Assembly (NCBI GenBank): GCA_016932935.1
Contig: JAFGBX010000082.1
Location: forward strand, 1-56,792
DNA from: Promethearchaeota archaeon
GTDB lineage: Archaea; Asgardarchaeota; Lokiarchaeia; Sigyniarchaeales; Sigyniarchaeaceae
Direction of reading: 5' to 3'
Length of the DNA: 56,792 nucleotides
How positions within the stretch are numbered: the first letter of the stretch is position 1; the number at the start of each line of letters is the position of its first letter. Positions 17,189 through 26,445 of this stretch are shown piece after piece. A model generated the notes under the pieces. The model was given only the letters and a program-made list of their open reading frames with translations, searched no databases and was not told the origin of the DNA. Position numbers and translations under genes: made by a program.

Positions 17189-18613
17189 ATGATGGATATT
17201 ATCGACGCGGAATTCCTCGAAGAGAACGCCCCTTGTGGCCATTGGACGTACCGGGCCACCATCGACGCCAAATCGGAAGGAGGGGTACAACTGTTAGAGA
17301 TAGTGGAGCCTGGGATCATCGTCCACGCGAAGCCGGAACCTGCCTACTTGAGGAAGAATCTCCTCGGATTCAAGTCGTTCCAGGGGACGATCGAACTCAC
17401 GATCACGATACCTGTACCACCTTCGAAGGAGATGCCGAATGCAATCCAGGTCGCGGTGACCCTCAAGCAGAGGACGCCATCGCCACAAGTATCTGTCGTG
17501 GTCAAGAAATTGACAATCCGGATTCCGCGCTTGGTCGTCAAGTCATTCTGGAACCGCGCGAAGATGATCATCCCTGTCTTCCGGGAGATCTACGGGAGCC
17601 TCACCAAGTGGAATGACAGAGGGCCGACCCCAGCAGCGGATGAAAAGAAGATGATCGAACGCTTCCCCCTGTTCTACTACGAGATCCAGAACGTGGCTCC
17701 AAATCACGTCGTGGGGACGACGGCACGCATCGAGGTGAACGTGGGCGGGAGAAGGATCGCGGAGGGGCACGCGAGGCTTGGCGATCTCGCGCCCGCCGAG
17801 ACCCAAGAACGCCAGATGTGGGTCGCGTTCCTCCCCGACATCCTGGAAGGGTGCCCGACGGGAACCGCCGAAGCGACGCTCGCCGTCCAGGCGGGCAATT
17901 CCGCCAGCGCCACCGCGAGCATCCAAGGCATACAGATAGCCGGCATCGACGACATGGCCTGGATCTCTTCCGTGATAAATGGAAACCTCGCCGCACCAGG
18001 ATCAAACCTCGGATTGAAGGATCTCGACCTCCTCGACTATGCGGCGATCTGGATCGCCACTACAGATGATAGGTTGATAACCAGCAAGTTAACGAGATAT
18101 CGCGGTGAACGCGATTCCTTTCTAGCGTTCGTGAGGGGCATAAAGGGGAACGTGGGCGTGGTGCCAGACCCCGACCGGATCGTAGAGGCGATCTTCCGAG
18201 AATTGCGTGAGGTTGATTTCAAACCGAGCCAGCAAGTCTACCTCTTCCCAGCGCTACAAAACCTCCAGAAGGTCTTCCCCCCAGAGATCCTTCTGGAAAT
18301 TAAGGAGGGCAACTGCATCAACTTGTCCATCCTTTTTTGTACCGTCGCCGAATTGTGCGGGATGGCAGACGAGCTGGCCACCGGGTTATGCTTCGTCGAG
18401 AAGGGGGGCGGTGTTCTCCATGCCATGCCGTGCCTTTGCAACAGATACGGGCGGAGATCGATCTACGACGTCGCCAATCCTGTCTTCTGGCAAGGGCCGA
18501 TCGGCAACCGGATCACGGCTGATATGGAAGCCGAGGCCGCCGAGGTCATGAAGGGGGCAAACGGACGCACGAGGTGCATCATGACCTGGGAAGTCCATAA
18601 AAGGTTTATCTGA
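17189..18613 (+). CDS. Hypothetical protein with a C-terminal transglutaminase-like cysteine protease core
   Basis: 474 aa. The C-terminus KEGNCINLSILFCTVAELCGMADELATGLCFVEKGGGVLHAMPCL...SIYDVAN fits the G.C...(25-35)..HAW...D Cys-His-Asp pattern. The N-terminal half looks beta-rich. Confidence 0.5.
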   Translation: MMDIIDAEFLEENAPCGHWTYRATIDAKSEGGVQLLEIVEPGIIVHAKPEPAYLRKNLLGFKSFQGTIELTITIPVPPSKEMPNAIQVAVTLKQRTPSPQVSVVVKKLTIRIPRLVVKSFWNRAKMIIPVFREIYGSLTKWNDRGPTPAADEKKMIERFPLFYYEIQNVAPNHVVGTTARIEVNVGGRRIAEGHARLGDLAPAETQERQMWVAFLPDILEGCPTGTAEATLAVQAGNSASATASIQGIQIAGIDDMAWISSVINGNLAAPGSNLGLKDLDLLDYAAIWIATTDDRLITSKLTRYRGERDSFLAFVRGIKGNVGVVPDPDRIVEAIFRELREVDFKPSQQVYLFPALQNLQKVFPPEILLEIKEGNCINLSILFCTVAELCGMADELATGLCFVEKGGGVLHAMPCLCNRYGRRSIYDVANPVFWQGPIGNRITADMEAEAAEVMKGANGRTRCIMTWEVHKRFI

Positions 18614-18635
18614 ACCAACCAGCGGATGATGTAAT

Positions 18636-19541
18636 ATGGAACGTGATGAGAAAGCTTTGATCTTGGTGAGGCTGCATCGCAAGGATCCCCTCGCGGACTC
18701 CTTGGACCTGCGAGCCACGGGCAGAGTCGGAGTCGTGCTGTATTATCTGGAGGGAGAACCCTCGAAGATATATGCGGTTGCTCGGAAGGAGGCGGGATAC
18801 CTGCTCAAATACATGAACTTCGGCGGCTTGGACGGCGTCAAGTCCAAGATCACGGTACAGCGGATCGGTAACCTTAGGACGCGGTTCCTCTTTGAGAACA
18901 AGCAACGCGTCGCTTGCACCAAGAATCTCAGACCAAGGCTGTTGGAACACGTGAAGCTCGCCATCGGCTGGAGGGAACACGCGTTCTTCTATCTCTTGAC
19001 CTTCGGGAGGCTCACGACGACCGATTTCTATGATTACATGAAGTATAGGCTCTGCATCCTCAACATGAAAGGGCGGAAAGTCTTTTTTAAACACATAAAG
19101 CCAATTTTCAAGGCTCTGCTAAAAGCGGGCCACCTCCAAGTGACCGAGAGGGCCTGGTGCGCACAGCGTGGTGCGGCCTTCACGATAACGATCACACGCC
19201 AAGGTGGAAAATACCGTTGCACGTGGATGGACAAAGACGGGAAAGAAGTTGGCACGAACGACCTCGACGACGTCGAAGAGGTGGTCGATCCCAAAGGTGG
19301 GAGGGCGTGCACCGATCCTGACGGCGCCGCGCAGCAAATAGAGGCTAACGTGGTAGAGCACGCGTACTCCCTCACAAGCCCCGGAGAGGCTTTCTGCTTC
19401 GGCCAGCTCGAGAACATGAACAGCAACGGCCCCATCAAGGAGTACCTCAAGGCCGTCTACGAGTCGTGCCACCAAGAGGTAGAGAAGCAGTTCTTCGACC
19501 ACATGGCGAATTACTACAAGATGGAGGCGCTTTTCCTATGA
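18636..19541 (+). CDS. Hypothetical protein carrying module B (wHTH-like + Cys-containing segment)
   Basis: 301 aa. HAFFYLLTFGRLTTTDFYDYMKYRL...FFKHIKPIFKALLKAGHLQVTERAWC...EHAYSLTSPGEAFCFGQL...IKEYLKAVYESCHQEVEKQFFDHMANYY is collinear with the C-terminal half of the next gene. Confidence 0.6.
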   Translation: MERDEKALILVRLHRKDPLADSLDLRATGRVGVVLYYLEGEPSKIYAVARKEAGYLLKYMNFGGLDGVKSKITVQRIGNLRTRFLFENKQRVACTKNLRPRLLEHVKLAIGWREHAFFYLLTFGRLTTTDFYDYMKYRLCILNMKGRKVFFKHIKPIFKALLKAGHLQVTERAWCAQRGAAFTITITRQGGKYRCTWMDKDGKEVGTNDLDDVEEVVDPKGGRACTDPDGAAQQIEANVVEHAYSLTSPGEAFCFGQLENMNSNGPIKEYLKAVYESCHQEVEKQFFDHMANYYKMEALFL

Positions 19542-20551
19542 TGACGAGGGTGCACTTACCGGGTATCTTCGAGAGGGGCTTGCTCCTCTGCATCAAAAAG
19601 ATCTACGGACGCTCGCCGTTCGCGCTCGATGACGACGAGGTGGAGGCGATCCGAAACGAGTTCATGGATCTGTTTTCCGGCCTGAAGGGCGAGAACAATG
19701 ACCTAGGCTTCTTCGAGGATTTCCCCTTGCTGACCAGGGACATCGACTTGCGTATCGTGAAGATGGTCGAGATGGGGTTGATCGACGTCGACGAGGGGGC
19801 GGGAGACGATCCAGACGGGAAGCCATTCAAGATCTCGGAAAAAGGATGGACACTCGTCCGGGAGGAACTGGACGATCCTGCCCTCGGCCGCGGTGTTGCA
19901 AACACATACCAAGGCCCTGACGCAGCCGCCCGGGTTCCGATCTTCCCACCCATCTCGCCACAGATAACGGGTGCAGGTTGGAAAGGCATTGGTTGGCGAG
20001 ATCTCACCTACTTCTACCTCCTCACGTTTGGGAAGCTCACGACGTCCGGCTTCTACGATTTCTTGCAATGGCACCTCAAGGTGCCCGATCCGGACACGTA
20101 TAGGAGGCTCTTCTTTAAACACGTCAAGCCCGATATTGAGGCGCGAATGGCTGCAGGGCACCTCCGGGTGACCGAGAAGGCCTGGTGCGGCGGATGCAAT
20201 AAGACCTTCGACGTATCGACCACGAAACAAGGTGAAGTCTACCAGCGAAAGTGGATCGACAACACGGGAAGAGAGCACGTGGAGGGTCTCGCCTCTGCGA
20301 AGGATGCCGTGAGACAAGAATGCAAGAGGAAGTGCCCGGCCCATGCCCAGCCGCCATTAGCGAGCGTGACGGAGCACGTGTACACCCTGACGGCCGCTGG
20401 TGAGGCGTTCTGCTCGGCCGAGCTCAAGCGCCTCTTCGAAGACCGGGCCATCAAGGCCTATCTAAAGAAGGTATACGAGTACTGCCACGCCGAGTTAAAA
20501 TCTCGGTTCTACGGCCACGCGGCGTATTACCGAAGGATGGCGGAACCCTAA
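19538..20551 (+). CDS. Hypothetical protein carrying module A + module B (paralog array member 2)
   Basis: The start was moved to ATG 19538 because the ATGATGA overlap with the upstream stop (19539..19541) suggests translational coupling. Module A: GLLLCIKKIYGRSPFALDDDEVEAIRNEFMDL...DIDLRIVKMVEMGLIDVDEGAGDDPDGKPFKISEKGWTLV. Module B: FYLLTFGKLTTSGFYDFLQWHL... Confidence 0.65.
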   Translation: MMTRVHLPGIFERGLLLCIKKIYGRSPFALDDDEVEAIRNEFMDLFSGLKGENNDLGFFEDFPLLTRDIDLRIVKMVEMGLIDVDEGAGDDPDGKPFKISEKGWTLVREELDDPALGRGVANTYQGPDAAARVPIFPPISPQITGAGWKGIGWRDLTYFYLLTFGKLTTSGFYDFLQWHLKVPDPDTYRRLFFKHVKPDIEARMAAGHLRVTEKAWCGGCNKTFDVSTTKQGEVYQRKWIDNTGREHVEGLASAKDAVRQECKRKCPAHAQPPLASVTEHVYTLTAAGEAFCSAELKRLFEDRAIKAYLKKVYEYCHAELKSRFYGHAAYYRRMAEP

Positions 20552-20553
20552 CC

Positions 20554-21123
20554 ATGAGGTTGGACGAAGTTGGACACCTCGCCAAGCGGGTCGTAAGGGG
20601 AAACCCGCATCCCACCCTTGTGGGTGGCTTCGAGATCGGGTTGCTCCTCTGCATCGAGAAGAGGCACGGGCGCTCGCCGTTCGAGCTCGATGACGACGAG
20701 GTCGAGGCGATCCGAGGCGAGTTCATGGATCTGGTGGCCAGTCGGAAGGACGAGGATAGCGACCTATGCTTCTTCGAAAATTCCCCCCCGCTGCCCAGGG
20801 ACGTCGATTTACGCATCGTGAAGATGGTCGAGATGGGACTGATCGACGTCGACGAGGGGGCGGAAGCTGATCCCGACGGGAAGCCCTTCACGATCTCGGA
20901 GGGCGGCTGGGCACTCGTCCTTAAAGAAATGAAGGATTCCAACCGTGGCCGCGCTGTGGACGAGATGGATCCAGGCCCTCAGGAGACCACCAGGGCTGCG
21001 ATCTTCCCGCCCATCTTGCCTCAGATTACTGGCGCCATGCGGGAGGACGGGCCGAAGCCGGTAGCGCGTGGAAAAGGGGGGGGACGGTCAAAGAAGCGCT
21101 CGGAGAACCGTTCGTTGAAGTGA
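20554..21123 (+). CDS. Hypothetical protein carrying module A only (array member 3)
   Basis: The ATG lies 2 nt after the previous stop. GLLLCIEKRHGRSPFELDDDEVEAIRGEFMDL...DVDLRIVKMVEMGLIDVDEGAEADPDGKPFTISEGGWALV, followed by a basic tail. Confidence 0.65.
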   Translation: MRLDEVGHLAKRVVRGNPHPTLVGGFEIGLLLCIEKRHGRSPFELDDDEVEAIRGEFMDLVASRKDEDSDLCFFENSPPLPRDVDLRIVKMVEMGLIDVDEGAEADPDGKPFTISEGGWALVLKEMKDSNRGRAVDEMDPGPQETTRAAIFPPILPQITGAMREDGPKPVARGKGGGRSKKRSENRSLK

Positions 21124-21243
21124 GGAATCATGCCGCGGGAATGAGTTTGCCCCCCTCCCATTTGAGCCTTAACATAATTGTTCCCCAAGAATGAACGCCG
21201 CGTCCACCACGCATATTTCTATTCGATCCGCCAGTACTAGGAC

Positions 21244-21756
21244 ATGGGAAGAGCGATCGCAGCAGAGGTCGGAGGACGCAAACTCATGAAGCATCGCACC
21301 AAGGCGCCATCGGTAATGGCCGCGGTAAAGCCCGACCGGCGCGGGGCGCCCGCACGGGGGGCAAACGCGAGCAAGCACTACCGCGCCCCATGCACGAGAA
21401 CGGAGCGGCTAGCGGGGGATTTCGAGGCGTCCTTGCTATCCAGTATCGCTCTCACGCACGGCTGCTCGCCGTTCTCGCTCGATGAAGAGGCGCTCGAGGC
21501 GATCCACGGTGGCTTCGTTGACTTGGCCGCCAGGTCGGAGGGTGTCAAGGACGACCCCGGCTTCTTCGATGTGTTCCCCGCGCTGCCCAGGGACGTCGAC
21601 TTGCGCATCATAAGGATGGTCGAGATGGGTTTCATCGACGTCGACGAAGGGATGGAGGACGGCCCCGGCGGGGAGCCCTTCTCGATCTCGGCGAAGGGAT
21701 GGGCGCTCGTCGACAAGGCGAAAGCGGCCCGGAAGGAGCACGCGTGGGGGGCATGA
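21244..21756 (+). CDS. Hypothetical protein carrying module A only (array member 4)
   Basis: SLLSSIALTHGCSPFSLDEEALEAIHGGFVDL...DVDLRIIRMVEMGFIDVDEGMEDGPGGEPFSISAKGWALV. This is a more diverged copy of module A. Confidence 0.6.
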   Translation: MGRAIAAEVGGRKLMKHRTKAPSVMAAVKPDRRGAPARGANASKHYRAPCTRTERLAGDFEASLLSSIALTHGCSPFSLDEEALEAIHGGFVDLAARSEGVKDDPGFFDVFPALPRDVDLRIIRMVEMGFIDVDEGMEDGPGGEPFSISAKGWALVDKAKAARKEHAWGA

Positions 21757-21828
21757 GGAACCGCGGGTTTCCGAATCGAGCGACCCTCACGATCGAACCC
21801 ACCACGCCAACTCGTCTTCGGTGATTCG

Positions 21829-23070
21829 TTAAAAGACCAATTTGAAGAGTGACGCGACCAGGCCACCGATCGAGAGCGAGAGCCCCGGCGTGAACAAGCT
21901 GACGAGACCAAGCAGGCCGTTCACGATCGTGTAGGCGTTGATCCCCTTCCGCAGCTTAGAGAGCGATTTGTGTAGCTTTCCCTCCTTTTTCTCGTCCACC
22001 TTGGACAAGCTCTTTTCGACCTCCTGGCCCAAGCTGGCGCGGGCGGCCGGGGCCCCGTCGAGCCGCTCCTCGATCCTGTCCATCTCGGCCGGGTCCTGCT
22101 GGATTTGCACGAGGCGCTGCTTGATGGTCTCCCTGTTCAGCTCGATGAGCTGGTTCAGCCGGTCGCCGAGCGCCTCGGCGGTTAGCTGCGTCTTCGCCGT
22201 TGAGAAGTCGATCTTCTTGATGTAGTTGATGATCTCCGCCGTGTACTGCGCCTGCTGCTCCGTGTCGGAGAAGTGCTTCTTGCTCTTCACGATCAGATCC
22301 TTGAGCCGGCCGTTGATGGCGCGCGCGTAGCTGTTCACCTCGTTCTCCAGCTCCAGGATGGACGAGATACCCGCGTTCGAGATGCCCTGGTCGACGATGA
22401 TCCCGGAGATCTTCGTGGCGAGCGAGCCCAGCCGCTCCTTCGAGATCTCGAGGATCTCCTGGGCGTTCGCGGCCATCACGTCCCAGAAGTCGTCGATGTA
22501 GTGCTGCAAGCCGACCTGCCCGGCTTCCAGATCCTCGCTGAGGGAGTCCATCTGGGACTCCTGCCGCTTCAGCGAGCCGGCGAGGCGATCGAGGAAACCC
22601 ATGACGTTGATGATGGACTCGCGGATGCCCTGCACGTCCTCGATGATGTACTTGTGATCCTCGTGAATCTTTCCAATCCCGAGCTCCTCGCGCAGTTTCT
22701 TGATGACCTCGGTGAAGTCGCCCTCCACGCGTGCCAGGTTCCGATCCGCGTCACCACCCTCCGTGGAACCCCCATCGACCACCTCGATCTGGTTCCATCC
22801 GGTGGAGTAACAGGCCTTGTCCACGGTCTCCACCTCTATCGAGATCTTGTATTGTCCAGGTTGGGCCTTCGGGATGAAGGTGATCTGCAATGCCTGCTCT
22901 GAGGGTGGGGTGTTGAAGACGATGACGTTGTCTTGCTGGTTGTAAGCCGTGCCCCCGGGCAAGATCCTCAAGATGTCGGGGAACGCCTTGATTCTTTTCA
23001 CCCGCGGGAGGGGCTGGTCGCGTGGAGCATCGGTTTCAATCACCAGCCGGTTCTTTTTCCCCAGCAGCAC
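21829..23070 (-). CDS. Tail-anchored coiled-coil protein with an N-terminal beta domain
   Basis: 413 aa with a GTG start. The N-terminus is beta-rich (QITFIPKAQPGQYKISIEVETVDKACYSTGWNQIEVVD). A long helical middle follows. The C-terminal hydrophobic segment INAYTIVNGLLGLVSLFTPGLSLSIGGLVASLFKLVF sits at the very end of the protein. Confidence 0.6.
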   Translation of the reverse strand: MLLGKKNRLVIETDAPRDQPLPRVKRIKAFPDILRILPGGTAYNQQDNVIVFNTPPSEQALQITFIPKAQPGQYKISIEVETVDKACYSTGWNQIEVVDGGSTEGGDADRNLARVEGDFTEVIKKLREELGIGKIHEDHKYIIEDVQGIRESIINVMGFLDRLAGSLKRQESQMDSLSEDLEAGQVGLQHYIDDFWDVMAANAQEILEISKERLGSLATKISGIIVDQGISNAGISSILELENEVNSYARAINGRLKDLIVKSKKHFSDTEQQAQYTAEIINYIKKIDFSTAKTQLTAEALGDRLNQLIELNRETIKQRLVQIQQDPAEMDRIEERLDGAPAARASLGQEVEKSLSKVDEKKEGKLHKSLSKLRKGINAYTIVNGLLGLVSLFTPGLSLSIGGLVASLFKLVF

Positions 23071-23347
23071 GGTGCCGGGAACGTTCGCTGTGTAGTTCGT
23101 GCCATTTCACCCGTCGATGGTCGTTGGTGGATTGGGGTAGTAATTCGTGTTACTCTTGTTTTTTGCCGAGTATATCGCTTGCGCGACGACTCGTCCACCA
23201 CACGCATAAACCGACGTGAATGCAAAGTGTATTCGATGGAAAAAAAATATTTAAACTCTACGGGAAACCCCCGGCTGGGAACTCGGGAACGGCCGGCTGG
23301 AAACCCTCCAACGATACCAACGACAGCAATAGCCGGAGAATAGCCAC

Positions 23348-24139
23348 ATGATCGACATCATCTACCTCGTCATCAACACCGTCGCGATGAACAGCTTCGT
23401 GCTCAACCCCAAGGCGGAAGAGACCTACAACTTGCTCAACGGCCAGTCCATCGGCGGCCATTGGGCGATCGTGCAGCGGATCTTCAAGAATGCGCAGGTC
23501 AGCGAGGAGAACATCGTCCTCTCGGACAAGGATCTCTCTTACAACCTGACCCTGTCGAACGGCAACTACCTCATCACGTTCAAGGAGGTGCAGCCGGGCG
23601 CGTTCCTGGTCTTCGTCTCGAACCTGTCGACCCCGTTGGCAGGGCTGAAGCTGCTGTGCGAAAGGGTCGGTAAGGCCTTCAACGAGCAGTACCCCGAGGT
23701 CGCCAAGAACCAGCCGTCGCCCGACTTGTACGAGGCATTCACGGAAACCGCGAGGAAGGCCATCCGAGCGTGGATCGAGGAACAGGAGGGCGATCTCGAG
23801 CACGACGTCCAGGTGGAGCCGTGCATGAAGCGCCGGTTCCACGTCACGCTGACGAACAGGTTCGGGGAACGCGTCAAGATATTGCGCGTCGACGCGAGCT
23901 CGACCCCCGACAACGGCCAAACCCTAGCCGTCGTCGACAACGTTAAGGCCTACTTCCCGGTCGGTATGATAATCGACGCCCGCGGCGAGGTGGTGGAGCC
24001 AGGGAGTGCGTTCTCCGTTTCCTTCGACGTGTCGTTCCCCGCGCGTGCCACGTACACGATGATGATCGTGGTCTACTACGGCTTCAAGGGGATCGAACGG
24101 TCGAAGACGATCTACTTCACTGACCAACTCGTGGTGTGA
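23348..24139 (+). CDS. Hypothetical protein: tentative Roadblock/LC7 (MglB)-like N-terminal domain + beta-sandwich
   Basis: 263 aa. The segment ...NLTLSNGNYLITFKEVQPGAFLVFVSNLSTPLAGLKLLCERVGKAFNEQY resembles the core strand-strand-helix of Roadblock/LC7 domains. The C-terminus (RFHVTLTNRFGERVKILRVDASS...TYTMMIVVYYGF) looks like an Ig/CARDB-like sandwich. Domain calls come from pattern only. Confidence 0.55.
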   Translation: MIDIIYLVINTVAMNSFVLNPKAEETYNLLNGQSIGGHWAIVQRIFKNAQVSEENIVLSDKDLSYNLTLSNGNYLITFKEVQPGAFLVFVSNLSTPLAGLKLLCERVGKAFNEQYPEVAKNQPSPDLYEAFTETARKAIRAWIEEQEGDLEHDVQVEPCMKRRFHVTLTNRFGERVKILRVDASSTPDNGQTLAVVDNVKAYFPVGMIIDARGEVVEPGSAFSVSFDVSFPARATYTMMIVVYYGFKGIERSKTIYFTDQLVV

Positions 24140-24158
24140 AGAACCAGGAGGAAAAAAA

Positions 24159-25337
24159 ATGACCATCTCATTCGATTACAAGATCTTCCAAAAAGACGGC
24201 GACGAATGGAAGCCTCAAGCCCCGGGCGCTGTGCCGATATACCGGCTCGACACGGGAACCTATAGGCTCGAATTCAGGATCTCCAATCCCGACGGTATCG
24301 GGACGGTTCACCTGGTCGGACACAAGCTCGCGGGTAAGACGATCCAGTTCGGCGGTGCTATAACCACAGTGCCAAAGGTCACTTACAATGTCCAGTCTGA
24401 TGGTGACGCCCTGGAACTCGTCTGCTCGGATAAAAAGGAACTCGTCGTCACGATCGACATTGACATCGTGGATGGTTACGGCGAGCCGATAGTCTACCAG
24501 CCAGAGGTCACCACCGCGGCCGGCAGTCCCGGGACGAGGGCGCAGCTGCGAATCGTCGCACCGGCGGAGTGCCACCTCCCCGCGGAGATCCACTGCGACC
24601 CGGTATTCGGTAACAACGGCGACGGGAACGCCTTCTTGATCCACATCGCCTTCACGAACAATCTCGTCGACAACGCGACGATCCACGTTACGGATTTCCC
24701 AGGCTGCAATGTGGTAAGGTTCGCAGGCCCCCCACCTGGAGCGGGTTATGCAATCGTAAATGATGTAAAAGGCAATAAGGTCTTGTTTAGTAACATCGCC
24801 AAGGGCGCGAAGGTCGACATCTGCGTGGCGGCCAGCAGGGTAGGCGGCGTCTCTCAAGGCGACTGGGATGCCCTCTTCAACTGTCCATGGAAATTGGGGT
24901 TTTTCCTTCCCAACTACGCCTTCCAAGGGAAATTGCCCCCATTCGATCCCTTGAACTACCGGTACATCGAAGGATCCTATAAAGATCTACCCGATTCCCT
25001 CGAGATTTCCCTCAAAGGCACGCCAGGCTCGCCGCGGGCCATCAAGCTCCAATCTCTCTGGTTCCACAAACACCGGCTTGGAGGAATCAAACCGGCCCAA
25101 GTTTTCCAACCAGGAAACGTGTTAGTATACGCTATGGAAGATGGGATGGGAAATTACTATTATGCGTTCAACCCGGCTAACAACCAAATCGCGCTCCCGA
25201 ATGTGCTGGAGATCCCGTTCCTAATAGGAGGCCGAAATCATTTCAACAGCAATCCGAATGTGAAAGTCAGCCTCACTTATACGTTCGACGCATGCGGGGC
25301 AGAACCCGCTGAGGTCGAACTAAAGCTTAGTCCATAG
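24159..25337 (+). CDS. Hypothetical beta-rich protein (392 aa)
   Basis: GGAGG lies 13 nt upstream of the ATG, and the gene starts 19 nt after the previous gene, so it is probably co-transcribed. Composition is balanced. I recognise no motif. Confidence 0.6.
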   Translation: MTISFDYKIFQKDGDEWKPQAPGAVPIYRLDTGTYRLEFRISNPDGIGTVHLVGHKLAGKTIQFGGAITTVPKVTYNVQSDGDALELVCSDKKELVVTIDIDIVDGYGEPIVYQPEVTTAAGSPGTRAQLRIVAPAECHLPAEIHCDPVFGNNGDGNAFLIHIAFTNNLVDNATIHVTDFPGCNVVRFAGPPPGAGYAIVNDVKGNKVLFSNIAKGAKVDICVAASRVGGVSQGDWDALFNCPWKLGFFLPNYAFQGKLPPFDPLNYRYIEGSYKDLPDSLEISLKGTPGSPRAIKLQSLWFHKHRLGGIKPAQVFQPGNVLVYAMEDGMGNYYYAFNPANNQIALPNVLEIPFLIGGRNHFNSNPNVKVSLTYTFDACGAEPAEVELKLSP

Positions 25338-25362
25338 GGGCGACAGCCCCCATCTATTCCAA

Positions 25363-25367
25363 TTTTT
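25363..25367 (+). terminator. Short oligo-T tract after the 23348-25337 gene pair
   Basis: TTTTT begins about 26 nt downstream of the stop at 25335..25337. Confidence 0.25.
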
Positions 25368-25429
25368 CGCGCCCATAGTCCGAAACCCGGGCTCGGCAAA
25401 GGCCCTCGCGATCCCCCTACTATACCCTA

Positions 25430-26101
25430 TTACAACCGTGAGCGCAATCTCCCCTTGAAATCGCTGAATACCCCGACCCTGCCGTCGAAGGCCTCCAGAT
25501 CCTTCTCGTGATCCCGCTCGTATTCGTTCAAGAAGCCCTGGAGCCGGTTTATCATCGCCTCTCCCGGTTCCCTCGTGGCGAGTATGATTAGCGAGCTCCA
25601 TTTCCCGGAAAGCAAGACCACGTGCATCCCGTCGAAGTGGATTGATCGAAAGGATGTCCCTCCCGTGGGATTCAACTCGTTCCCGAAGCCGCTAACCGCG
25701 CTGCAGAACCCCGTTATCAGGTTGGCGTCGTCGGGCTTGGTCGCACTGCCGAGGGAGAACCACGATGCCAGGTTGATGCCGCTCTTGTTCTCCTGCAAGA
25801 GAACCCATCTCAAGCCCTCGACGTCCTTTTCATACTCGGCACGGCTAGGAACCCACGGCTGCTCCCAGACGGCGTTCGTGACCTCGGGCTCCATTGTGCC
25901 CTCCTTGAAGCTCAAGTTGAAGACGAGGCTCTGGCCAGCCTTGACGGATACGCCACCCTTCAGGCCGTACACGCCCTTCCGCAACACGCGGAGGTAGTCC
26001 GTGCCGCCAGTCTCGGTGAACCCGTCCCTGTTCGTCTCTATCCTCAACAGTCTGTTGTCCTCAGTCGAATAATTGCGCAAGGAGAACCGCTTCGTGATCA
26101 T
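25430..26101 (-). CDS. Hypothetical protein: beta-sandwich + tentative roadblock/longin-like C-terminal domain
   Basis: 223 aa. The C-terminal half LRWVLLQENKSGINLASWF...ANLITGFCSAVSGFGNEL....FRSIHFDGMHVVLLSGKWSSLIILATRE...MINRLQGFLNEY has the alternating strand/helix signature of small-GTPase regulatory alpha/beta domains. The domain order is the reverse of that in 23348..24139. Confidence 0.5.
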   Translation of the reverse strand: MITKRFSLRNYSTEDNRLLRIETNRDGFTETGGTDYLRVLRKGVYGLKGGVSVKAGQSLVFNLSFKEGTMEPEVTNAVWEQPWVPSRAEYEKDVEGLRWVLLQENKSGINLASWFSLGSATKPDDANLITGFCSAVSGFGNELNPTGGTSFRSIHFDGMHVVLLSGKWSSLIILATREPGEAMINRLQGFLNEYERDHEKDLEAFDGRVGVFSDFKGRLRSRL

Positions 26102-26445
26102 TATTTACATCCCTCTCTGAATTTTGTCGCACAATGCTTCCAGGCCCAGTCTCTTGCCGACACACCGCTTCAGAAGGCGGCCCTTGGCTTTCAATAGTGC
26201 CCTCAGCAGTTATAAAGAATGCTTCGATTATGAAGAAAGCTCGTCTATTCGACGGGACATCATCTCCTCAAAAGCTATATCCCTCCTGCAACGATCCGTC
26301 AGCCAGCAATCGAAGTATTATCCCTCCCCAGCCCCTATAATAAGAAGGATGCCAGCTTGACCTTCAACGACGATGATTATCCTCCCAGCCCATCTCCGCG
26401 ATGCAGCTGTTCTCCACTTTTTATTCTGTCGATGTTTATTATGTC

